From Diplonema japonicum (lineage: Eukaryota; Protista; Euglenozoa: Diplonemea), in NCBI GenBank assembly GCA_964019335.1, contig OZ025709.1, forward strand, positions 310,001 through 374,000: a DNA stretch of 64,000 bases, written 5' to 3'. Below the pieces are notes generated by a model that was given only the letters and a program-made list of their open reading frames with translations, did no database searches and was not told the origin of the DNA. Every line of letters begins with the position of its first letter. The stretch's first letter is position 1. The translations under genes were made by a program, and so were the position numbers. Below are positions 54,244 through 64,000 of the stretch, in pieces.

Positions 54244-55424
54244 TTATTTCACTCTTCAGAAATTACTTCACGCACTGGGGGGCCCATTACTTCACGCTAA
54301 ATCTCATTACTTCACGGTGAAATAATGGCCTGTTTTCCGTGAAGTAATAGGGGGTTTCCGTTAAATAATATGCCTCGGTAGGCCAATTTTTGCCTCGGTT
54401 CCCAGTGGGGCTACTTTTTCCTCTCAGTTTGCTATTTCCCCCCAGGTTCAGCTCAATTGGCCAACTTTTGCCTCGGCTCAGTTCCAAGTTGGACTACTTT
54501 TTCCTCCCAATTTGCCCACTTTTGGCTAGGCCTTGTTCCCAGTTTCTGGGGGTAACTCTTCTATGGGTAAGGGTAACTTAGTCAGCTTACCCAAGCTCCC
54601 CAAATGACTTCAAAATACCGAAGCAGCAGAAAAAAAGGAGCCAGCGGCCGCGCCAGGTATGGGAAGGCCTGATTAGAGATGGTGACAGTGGCAATGCCAG
54701 CGACAGCGGCAGCTCTTAGTCAACAAAAGGAGGGAAAACAACTTGTATTGTAACCTTTGTAACCCCTCTCTTGTTGTACCCCTTGTCACCCTGTTGTGCC
54801 CCTCGTGGTGAAGTAATTTCAGAGTGTCGTGAAATAAAACCACTTACCTACCGCCAAGTAATGCTTTACCGACCTCGAGGTAACGGTAAAGTCATTACTT
54901 GTTGGCAGTAAATAGCTATTATTTCACTCTTCGTCATTTTCTTCACTCACTAGGGGCCTCATTATTTAACGCGAAATCGCCATTATTTAACTAGTTAAAT
55001 AATGAGATTTTGCAGTTAAATAATGGCCCTTCAGAGTGAAAAAATGGGTCTTGTCGTGGAAAAAAATGCACCCAACCCCTTGAAAAATTTTTTGGGGTGG
55101 GGGTATTTTGACTATTTTTGGCCATCTGAGGCCATTCCAGCCCTTAAAAGTGGGAATAAGTGCTTTACTTCCCCTTAAAATGCCACGGCGAAATAGCTAC
55201 CCTGTATTACCTTAGGAAAATCCCCAAAAAGCTGACCTGCGTGAAAAAAAACAGCAGTGTAAGCAGTGAAGAGTGAGTGACTCAAATGACGAAAAGTGAA
55301 ATAAAACGACTTACTTGCCGCCAAATGAGCCATTATTTAACACTCGTTACCGTTTTAATTAGTTACCTTTAATTCGGGAACTCGAGTTAAATAATGACTC
55401 ATTATTTGTTGGCAATAAATAGCT
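54244..55424. mobile_element. Modular inverted-repeat/hairpin element, copy 2
   Basis: Module X (54244-54838), hairpin (54840-54916), module Y (54917-55305), hairpin (55307-55424). Confidence 0.75.
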
Positions 55425-55448
55425 AATTTTTCTTGAAGAATGTGGTGG

Positions 55449-55489
<41 letters not shown>

Positions 55490-55507
55490 GAAGATCCGGA
55501 AAGAAAA

Positions 55508-55538
<31 letters not shown>

Positions 55539-57075
55539 GTGTGTGAGGGGGAGAGAAGAATTTTTTTCTTCTTTTTCCGCAAGAATATTTCTGTGAATAA
55601 TAATAATAATAACAACAAAAAAGGCTTTGTGTTTTTTTTTTTTCCTTCTTTTTTTTAAACACAATGTCTAAAGTGTCCATTCTACCAACGCAGGCGCGGG
55701 GGGGGGAGGCCACAGGCTTATGCCCGTGGAAAAGAGGGAAAAAAAAAATGGTGGGGGTCAGGTCAAAGTGTGAACTGACTGAACTGGTCTCTGGAGATTT
55801 TGTTCAACCATTTTTTTTTTGTTCCCTTCCCTCCCCCCCCCCCCCCCCCCGGATAATTGTTGGATTTTATTATTATTATTATTATTATTATCTGAACGCG
55901 GCGACATGAAAGCAAAATTATTCTCAGCCGGAAGTTGAAGGTGACGGTTTGACGTGGGTAATAAATAACGTGTAACATTGTCTTTCTTCTCCCCCTTCTC
56001 GTAGGGCGGTAGGATTTTGGAGCGCCAACCCGTTCAGAGAGTTGTTTAGCTCCCCCCCCCCCCCCCCCCCCCCATGGCTATGCTGGCAGGAAACGTGGAA
56101 ACGTTTCCGTTTCCGTTTCCCCCTTTTTTTTAAAAAGTGCATGGAAACGCGTTTCCATGCCAGCATAGCCCTATGGAGTATGCTTCCCGAGATAGAGAGG
56201 ACGCTAAAATCTTTTTTTTTTTTTTTTTTTTTTTAATCTCGCACAAAATAGAAGAAAAAAAAAAAAAAAAAAACCTAAAAGTACCGTAAAAAAAAAAAAA
56301 AAAAAAAAAAGAAAAGAAACATAAAGAGAAAAAAATTATAATAATTCCGTTATTTTTCACTTTCTTTTTGTTATCCATAATGCAAATAAAAAAAAAAAAG
56401 AGAGGAAACCCTTTCTAACTAGACCTCCTGAGCCCCCCCCCCCCCCCCCCCCCCCCTCCCTATTTTTGTAACATGTTATCAACCCATGTCCTTTAGTTTC
56501 CGAAAATATTCGGTCGCAGATTCTAGTTAGCAGCTTTCTCTCTCTCTCTCTCTCTCGGAAAAAAAAAAAAAAAAAAAAAAAAAGTCGGTTGATTTGTTGA
56601 TTGTGCACAGCCGGAGTTAACCTGTAGAAGGATAAGCCCAACATTACTAGCACTATTCTTTTTAAATCTTTTTTCAGTCTGTATTCTTACCCCTTTTTTT
56701 ATTAGAGTTCTTTTCCCAAAATTAATTTCCCCCTTCTTTCTTTCTTTCTTTCTGTTATCCCCCCCTTTTTTTTTTGAACCCAATGATTTTTTTTTTTTTT
56801 TTCTGGCCAAAAGACCAGCTGGTTCAAAGAAATAAAAAGAAAAAAAAGAAAAATTAAACCGTAACAGCATATGAAGAAGGGGAATGGGAGAGGGGAGAGA
56901 GAAAGAGTGGGAGGAAATAAATAAATAAATATAATAAAACACCCTCTTTTTTTTGTGGTTATTCGACAGCATCCAATTCCAGGTCTGCTGTCCCACCCCC
57001 TTGCAAAATTTCTTTCGTTGTCTTATTGATCCCAGACGCCTGTTTTTTTTTTCCTTTTTTTTTTCTCTTCCCCTC

Positions 57076-57983
57076 TCATACCTTAGCACACTGCAGCGCC
57101 ATACCATAGCTCAACATCCTGACAGAAGTGTCATCTGTATCAGCTATCGAGCCTCTGTCCACTGCCGTGGGCTGTAATAAAAAAAAAAAATTTTTTTTCC
57201 CCCCCCTTTCCCCCTCTCCCCCGCATACCAAATCAGTGTCGTCCGCAGAAAGGCAGGACAAAGTTGTTGCGGTGATGTGCATCCCCCCGTTGATGATAGG
57301 GGCGTGGGCAGGTTCTTTCAGAGACACACTTCTGTCGGTGGTGATGTGCTCCCTCCCCGTTGCAGGGCAGTATGGCAGCTCGGAGGGAAGCGCTTGTCCG
57401 CAATCAATACACTTCCCGGCCGCGAATGGCCGGACTGCATCACGTGTGGCGGGCCCAAGGGGAGGTGTGTCACCAATAAGCAGCTCATGCGAAGATGACA
57501 GCGTCATGCTGTCCCATGACGTGTGGTGGTGCCTGGCAGGCTCGACGGGCTCCTTCTGCACCAGATCGCTCATGTCGCAGATTTTTGCTGAGATAGTCGT
57601 GCTGTCCTTCAGAGTTGGCTGTTCTGGTTCTGGTTCGGGTTCTTCTGGTTCCAAGTCTTCTATGATAGTTTTTTCCAGCTTCAAGCCCGGGACAAGCCTT
57701 TTTAAGGGCACGTTGCGCCTGGGCGACCCATTTCGTTTTTTCGCGAGCCACGCGCCCCGGCCGCCCGGTTTCCCTCTGCTTCCCGATGTGCCTGTTGAGG
57801 AGGCTTGGCTGCTCTTCTCGCTTCCTTTCTGAGCTTGTTTCAACAGTGGTATCGGTGCGGTGGCACCGTTGGACGTCTGCCCTAGTGTGGGCGGGGCATC
57901 GCACACCGGCCCTTGGTACGACCCTGGACCTGGGCTGGGACCGTCCTCTTGCTTGCTGCGATGGGCGTGTAACGTTGCTTGCT

Positions 57984-58019
<36 letters not shown>

Positions 58020-58753
58020 AAAACAAAATACCGTTTCTGTGGTGTATAACCGCTGCCATGTTCTGTTCCCGTTCGCTGGCTGTTGCCCTCGTCGGCTCTT
58101 TTTAGAAAAAAAAAAAAGTTTTTTTTTTTTTATATTGTTCCCTCCCAAAAAAAAAAAAAAAAAAAAGAAAAAAAAATACCACATTGGGTTCGAAGGTGCA
58201 CTCTTTCAAAACCGTCTCCTCTTCACCAATACGCTGGAGGAGGAGGTCGTTTTTTCTGTGTTTTTTTCCCCCCCCTTTTTTTTTTCTTCTTTTCTTCCCA
58301 ATCATACTTTTCTTCATGGCGTGAAAGTCTTGCGTAGTGCTCGTTGTGAAGACGGGAGAAGGCATCAGAGTTCCTCTTTGCCTTGCCTCGGTCAGCTTGC
58401 CTAACGCCCCGTGGAGAGGCAAGGGAACGGGGTGTGTCATGGCAATGTGAGGGGGATGTCCCTCCTGAAGTTCGCCGAGTGCTACCCAAGTTCCTCGCCT
58501 GCCCTGTGTAAGCAGGGGCTTCTGCAGCCTGCCTGCGTGTTGTGTAAATAGGGAACTTCAAAGACGTAGCTGTCCCCCCTGAGTCGCCCGGTCCTTGCTT
58601 CTCCCACGCTGTCTGCCCGATCTCACATGGTTCGTCAGATGACAAGAGGCCAGTTGAGAAAAGGTATCCACTCCCTGTAGCCAGCGTGCTGCTGCGCTTG
58701 TAAGGCGCTGAAGGGACATCTGCCATCGGCATGCCCCCCCCGTGTGCTTGCAC
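57076..58753 (-). CDS. Hypothetical multi-exon protein (exon limits unresolved)
   Basis: Protein-like blocks (AFSRLH, ECTFEPN, CIDCG...YCPATG..H) separated by short A/T-tract GT-AG-like introns. Confidence 0.5.
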
Positions 58754-58846
58754 CCTCCACCACCCGCCCCTCCCCCGCCCCCGCCTTTTTATTTATTTTT
58801 TTTGATTGAATGTGAATTTTTCGGGGGGGGAAAAAAATGTGATCAA

Positions 58847-59734
58847 TCAGTAGCCTTCTGTGTGATTGTAAACGAATTCTTCTTCCTCCGCTTCTTCTTC
58901 CTCGTCCTCCGCGGTTGGGGTTTGCTTGTCTGGTTTCTCCTTCTTCTTTTTAACCCCGCCCCCGACACCAACGGACGAGTTCGCCGTGCAGGAAACAAAT
59001 ATAGGCGCGTCCTGAATCGTGTTCCGAGAACCGTGGAGCGCACGGACGCAGCGAAGGGCGTCGGCTTCGTCAGCGAAAGTTACATACGCCTTTTGCCAAA
59101 CAGCATGGTGTGATAGAAGTGTGGAAGCGATGATGGGCCCGAATGCCGAGAGGTGCTGAACGATTATATCTTCGGTTACGTGAGAGAGGATGTTTCTGAT
59201 GAGCACTTCCGCGTCGCGAGACGTTGTCAGGCCTACGCGGATCTTTCTCCCGAACACCTTAACCCTGTCGAGGACGCTTAGAGCCGCAAGTGCCTCTTCG
59301 GCTTTGTCGTAAGCAATACGAACTACATGTGCTCTCCAGTCAATTTCAATTTTTTGCGGTTCCAGCCCGATCAGAAGATTGCTGAACACTGATTTGTAGA
59401 TCACGTCCACGCTGGGCTGTAACCCTGCAACGCACAGTTTATTCCTTGTGTTGGGGTCGTTATCCGTTCCAAGAACACCTTCCAGAGTTGTCGATTCTGT
59501 TTGTTTTTGAACCACGTCGCCTCGCAAGTTGAAAAATTCATCATCTGTCGGGTTTGTGTTTTTGGGTTTCTTTGCGGTGGGGCGGTCGAGGTTGTCATCG
59601 CTCCGTTTCTTCTTCTTCTTGCCCGCCGGTTCCTTGCCCTCTGGGGGTTTTTCCTCCTCTTTTTGCTCTGTCGGTGGTGGTGCGTCTTTCTTGCTCTTCT
59701 TCTTTGTTTTCAGTGTTGCAAATATTGCGTCCAT
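58847..59734 (-). CDS. Two-RRM RNA-binding protein with basic N-terminus and acidic tail
   Basis: KLCVAGL...LDRVKVFGRKIRVG and EVLIRNI...FGPI...KAYVTFAD...LHG. Confidence 0.8.
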   Translation of the reverse strand: MDAIFATLKTKKKSKKDAPPPTEQKEEEKPPEGKEPAGKKKKKRSDDNLDRPTAKKPKNTNPTDDEFFNLRGDVVQKQTESTTLEGVLGTDNDPNTRNKLCVAGLQPSVDVIYKSVFSNLLIGLEPQKIEIDWRAHVVRIAYDKAEEALAALSVLDRVKVFGRKIRVGLTTSRDAEVLIRNILSHVTEDIIVQHLSAFGPIIASTLLSHHAVWQKAYVTFADEADALRCVRALHGSRNTIQDAPIFVSCTANSSVGVGGGVKKKKEKPDKQTPTAEDEEEEAEEEEFVYNHTEGY

Positions 59735-60628
59735 TTTTCTTTTTAAATAGAGACCACACCCCTCTCCCCCCCTTACCTTTTGTGTGAGTGTGTGTTTGTG
59801 TGTGTGTTTTTTTTGTTAAAAAGGGGGGGGGTTTAAAAAGCCCGACCAAAGCGCCCCCCTCCCCCCCTGCCAACATGTTCTTTTTTAAAAAACAAAAAAA
59901 AAAAAAAATAAAGGTATTTGAAAAACGTTTCGTTGAAGTAGTGCACCAAGCACGTGACCCCCGAATGCGTCACGGGAGAGGAGAGTTCATATACATGGGA
60001 CAACACCCAGGACTGCAAAATAGCGCAGCCTGAAAACAGTGCAGAAGTACCTAGTGAATATGCTGATGCTGGCTGATGCAACGAAGAAGATAGCGGAGGC
60101 CTGTGCTGACAATGAACTCAGCACTGGTGGGATGGCTAGTGCAACTGACGCAAGAGTAAAACAGGTAGACAGGGCCCTTCATGCCCACCACAAGGCACAG
60201 TGATCCACCAGAGTCACGTTATCGGGGGTGGGAGAATGTCTGTTTATTTTTTTTGGGGGGGGGAGAAACTCAGCATGCAGTGTAAAAAAAAAAACAAAAG
60301 AAGGGGAGAGGGGAAAGGGGGAGTTCAAAAGGAAAGAGATTACACTATTAATGTTGATCACACTTTTCAAAAAAAATAAGAGAAAAAAAAAGAAAAAAAA
60401 AAGAAAAAAAAAAACTTTACTGTTAACTGAATCGTGCAATACTACCTTCAGGCGCTCTTGCAACGACCACCACAGCCATCGCCAACGTGCCAAAATAAAA
60501 TGGGCTAAACTCGCACGACCGGGGAGGGGGGCATTTAAAACGAAACAAAAGATCAAAAAAAAGAAAAAAAAAGAAAAAAAAACTCTCATTCCTTTTTCTT
60601 TTCCTTTTTTATTTAGAGTAATTCACTT

Positions 60629-61125
60629 AGTCCTCAAAAAAAGTTCTGAAATTCCCAAACCTAAAAAGGAAAAAGAAATGGGAAAAAAAAAAAAAAAAAA
60701 AAAAAAAAATGGGGCTTTGATTGCAACACTAGGTGGCGTTAAGCGTGCAACGAAGCACGAACTACCTACTTGATTTCCTCGACCGAGCAGTAGCTTCTGC
60801 GTTCCGCGTCGTGTCCTTAATGCATGCGGTGTGCTCAACCCTAACCGGGGCGTCCCGTGTAACCAAGATTCTGCGCTCGTGCAGTTTGCTGCCTGTTCGT
60901 CACCCTGAGCATCTGCGTTACGTTCTTCCACTCGGGCGCTACCGGTGATGACCGACGAGGAGGTCAACAGCGAACAACACATCTGATGTACTTCTTTATA
61001 TTTCCATGTTATCCCCACCACCTTGAAAAGAGACATTTAAGGGTACCTGCGGTATGTAGCAGGACGCCTGAAAAGTCCTCAAAAAAGAAGTTCTGAAATT
61101 CCCAAACCCAAAAAGGGAAAAGAAA
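60629..61125. repeat. ~48-bp imperfect direct repeats (60629-60678, 61074-61125)
   Basis: AGTCCTCAAAAAA..AGTTCTGAAATTCCCAAACC.AAAA.GG.AAAAGAAA twice. Confidence 0.8.
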
Positions 61126-61154
61126 AGAAGAAGAAGAAAAAAGAAAAAGAAAAT

Positions 61155-64000
61155 TCACTATGATAAGAACGAAGTGGTTAGCAACGGCCCGCCGCGGTGG
61201 CGTGCCTACCTTATGATGCTCCCCTTTTGGGGTCGTTTCCTGCTACCCACCGTAGTGCCTAGCTGTCGTTTATATCTTCCAATCCTTTCTTTCCGGTAAT
61301 CTTCTCTCCGTCCTTTCAGCTTGGTCGCCGTCAGCCCCGATGCAAACAGGGCCCTCCTATCAAAGCCAACGACGTGGTCGCGGCCAATGGATCGTAGTGA
61401 TCTCACGTTCTTGCATGACTGCGCCGGAAAAGCGCGTCTCCTCTTCTCCCTCATCCATGTCGCTTGCAGCGTATCCAGGATCCGCTTGATCCTCACCGCC
61501 TTCTTGTCGATGTCAATCGTCGTGTTGATATTAACCCCCAGCGTCTTCTTCGTGTAGCACTCGAAGTCAATCGCCAGCTCGATCGCCGACACGGACGTTC
61601 CCTCCTCCGCCCACCGCAGCGCAGCCAGCCACCTCAGCACCTGATCACCATACTCCCTGAGCTGCGGGGTCAGCTTGAGCTTGTACAGTTCCACAACCTT
61701 TGGCGCCTCGAAACGCCTTCCTTGAGTCGTCACCACCCACGGCGGTTCCTTCTCAACCGCGAACCGCTTCACCGCCAGAGCATCGTCCCTGCGCCTCACC
61801 ACCTCTGCCAAATACCTCTGCAGCCTCTCCAAACCGCGGAACACGACCTTCCTCGGGAGAATCCCGTGCAGCTCCAAACAGACCGGCCACCTTTCGCTCC
61901 TGACCAGACCGGTATATACCTCCTTCTTCTGCACCTCCAATGCGACCTCGCACTCCCAAAGCTGGTGTCGCAGCAACCTAACTGTGCTCTCTTCGCAGCA
62001 TCACAAACATCGCAATTGAGCGTTCCCGCTGCTTTGTCCGTCCTCCCCCTACCCAGGTGGTCGGCTTCTTCCTCGCTCCCTTCACCTCGCTCCTCTTCAG
62101 GTTCTTCAGGAGGGGAGAGTAAAACTTGTTTCGCATACGGGCTGAGGTACGGCACCGCCCCGGCGATTATCCTCCTCACCCGCCATGCTTCGAGCGGTCT
62201 GCGTGCGCTGCACTTCATCCAGTAAGCGTTCGTTGCAGGGGCCGCGCCCATTCCAAGCCCGGCCATCGTGCTTCGTGCCTTCACAATACCCGATGTCCTC
62301 ATCCTGCGCAGAGCCTCCCTGAGGTCGTGCCCAGGATTCTCCCCTCTGTGCCAGCTTGCCAGCCTTTCCCATTTCCACCCGATCGCCGGGAGCCACCTCA
62401 GGAGCACATTTCCTACGACCCCCCTCGGCCTCACCTGCCCAGAAGTTCCGTACGCCTGTGCCAATTGCGTCCATGTTGCCATTGCCCCGTCCTGCCTCAG
62501 CCAGCACCTCCTCAGCATCATCAAAGCACTGTACACTACGGCACACAGCGGGTCCACCCGGTGCGCTCGCGCCAGGATTGACAGTACCACGTCTGGAGAT
62601 CTTCCTCTGTAGTGGGGGCCCCACAGGCATTTCACGATCGAGCCTTTAAGCTGACTGAGACTCCAGTCACTCGGCGGAGAGAAGCTCGAGCTGTATAGCA
62701 GTCCCGGCATAATATGAGTTCTGATGAGACTCTCCTTCCTCTGAAAAGAGAGCTGGGTCGAAGCCAGCCTTTCCATTCTGTCTTGCAGTAACCGCGGCGT
62801 CGTTCCAGCTCGTGCCACATGCTGTCGTGTTCAGCATAGTTCCCAAGGCCTTATGCTTGTCGACCTTGTTGAGCCTTACCTTCCTTCTTCTTCCGTCCAC
62901 CTCACTACCGACGTGGATGATACACTTTCCGATGACCACCGTCTTCCGTATATTCAACTCCATGCCCGTTATCGTACAGAACTCCATGACACCGTCCGTC
63001 GCCGCTTGCAGTGCCTGCAGCTTAGCCAGCATGTAGGCGTCGTCCGCATAGGCTATCGTCACGAGGTCTCCACCGGCTTCCAGCGCCTTGAGCATGACCG
63101 CAATGAGCGCATTGATCATGATCACGGACAGCGGACACCCTTGCAGGATCCCATTGGTCACTCTGAAGGTTTCGCCCACCCCAAAGGGGTACTTGAACCG
63201 CCGTGTAATCTGTGAGTACATGCCCTCCATTGCGCACGCAACACCCGACTCGAGCCCAAGGCTCCGCATTAGCTCGAAGGTGAGCCGCTGCGGTACCAGG
63301 TCGAAGCATTTCGCAAAATCCAGAGCCACGCCCACCAGCTCCTTACCCCTCCAGCATCGCCTCTTCATACTGAGCTAGGAGGTCCAGTAGTGCCGTCTCT
63401 GTGCCCCGCCCCTTCCTGCGTTGCGCCATCCGTCGACTCCACACGCGCCCCTAGGACGCTTGCGGCTCAGCACCCCTGGAGCAGCCTCCCCGTAATCTCT
63501 GACCTCGGCATTTCCTGGTGCTGTATGTGTTCCTCGTACTTTTTCCTGAAATCGGAGAATTGCGGTTCTCGTCTTTCCGAGCAGAAGATCCCTTTCCACG
63601 CCTCCCTGAACACCTCGTCCATTTCTTGTGGGTTCGCCGTCACACCGTCCCCAGCGTCCACCGCCAGACCTCTCGCATTGCGTTCCCCGCAGCAGCGCCT
63701 TGAGGTGCCTCCTACCCTCGTCCAGGTTCGAGACAATCGTTCTCTCGTAGGCCTCAGCCCGGCTACACTTCTGTTCCGTGCAGAGCGCGGCAATCTGTCT
63801 CCCCGCCACGTCACGCACTTCAGCGATAGCTTCCTCGATGCTCTCCAAGGAGCCGTGCATGGGTACGGCGCAGTCAATACCTAGCTTCGCGCATCGTGCA
63901 TTGGCGTTCTTCAGGGTATTGTGGGTCACCTGCGGAAGTTGTCCTACGTGCCCTCTCCGAAGGTGGTCCTCAATCTGTCGCTGGGCAGCCTCTACGCACC
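61155..64000 (-). mobile_element. Degenerate non-LTR retrotransposon (family D), 5' part beyond window
   Basis: RT motifs ALDFAKCFDLVP, GILQGCPLS, AYADD, GMELNIRKT in ORF 62667-63368; flanking frames broken by several frameshifts; distinct from A/B. Confidence 0.85.

Overview
Eukaryotic protist DNA, most likely a euglenozoan such as a diplonemid (inference). Evidence: essentially all host protein genes lie on the minus strand like a directional gene cluster, there is a myristoylated DUF1935-type calpain, and many very short GT-AG introns occur amid homopolymer-rich spacers. Host genes: ProA (truncated), RSP9, calpain, PPR protein, two RRM proteins, Vps55, CLC channel, DNAJC11, SpoU methylase, MAPK, PWI protein, Ubl protein, JmjC protein and several hypotheticals. 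There are 5 tRNA genes (Arg-TCG, Gln-CTG, 2x Val-AAC, Ile-AAT). The main finding is at 31.4-46.8 kb: four separate insertions of APE-RT-RNase H non-LTR retrotransposons, from two distinct families plus a diverged 3' fragment, all within 13 bp upstream of two tRNA-Val(AAC) genes, poly(A) end toward the tRNA, with recognisable target-site duplications. The intact copy has ORF1 and ORF2 in one frame separated by a single TGA, a 2A-like (VETNPGP) peptide and a PDZ-like insertion inside the RT. Also present: an internally deleted piggyBac, a Merlin/IS1595-like remnant, modular hairpin/inverted-repeat elements, a degenerate LINE with a T-rich tail, a tRNA inside a MAPK intron, and poly(A)-filled micro-introns. 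All family assignments are from motif recognition; no searches were run.
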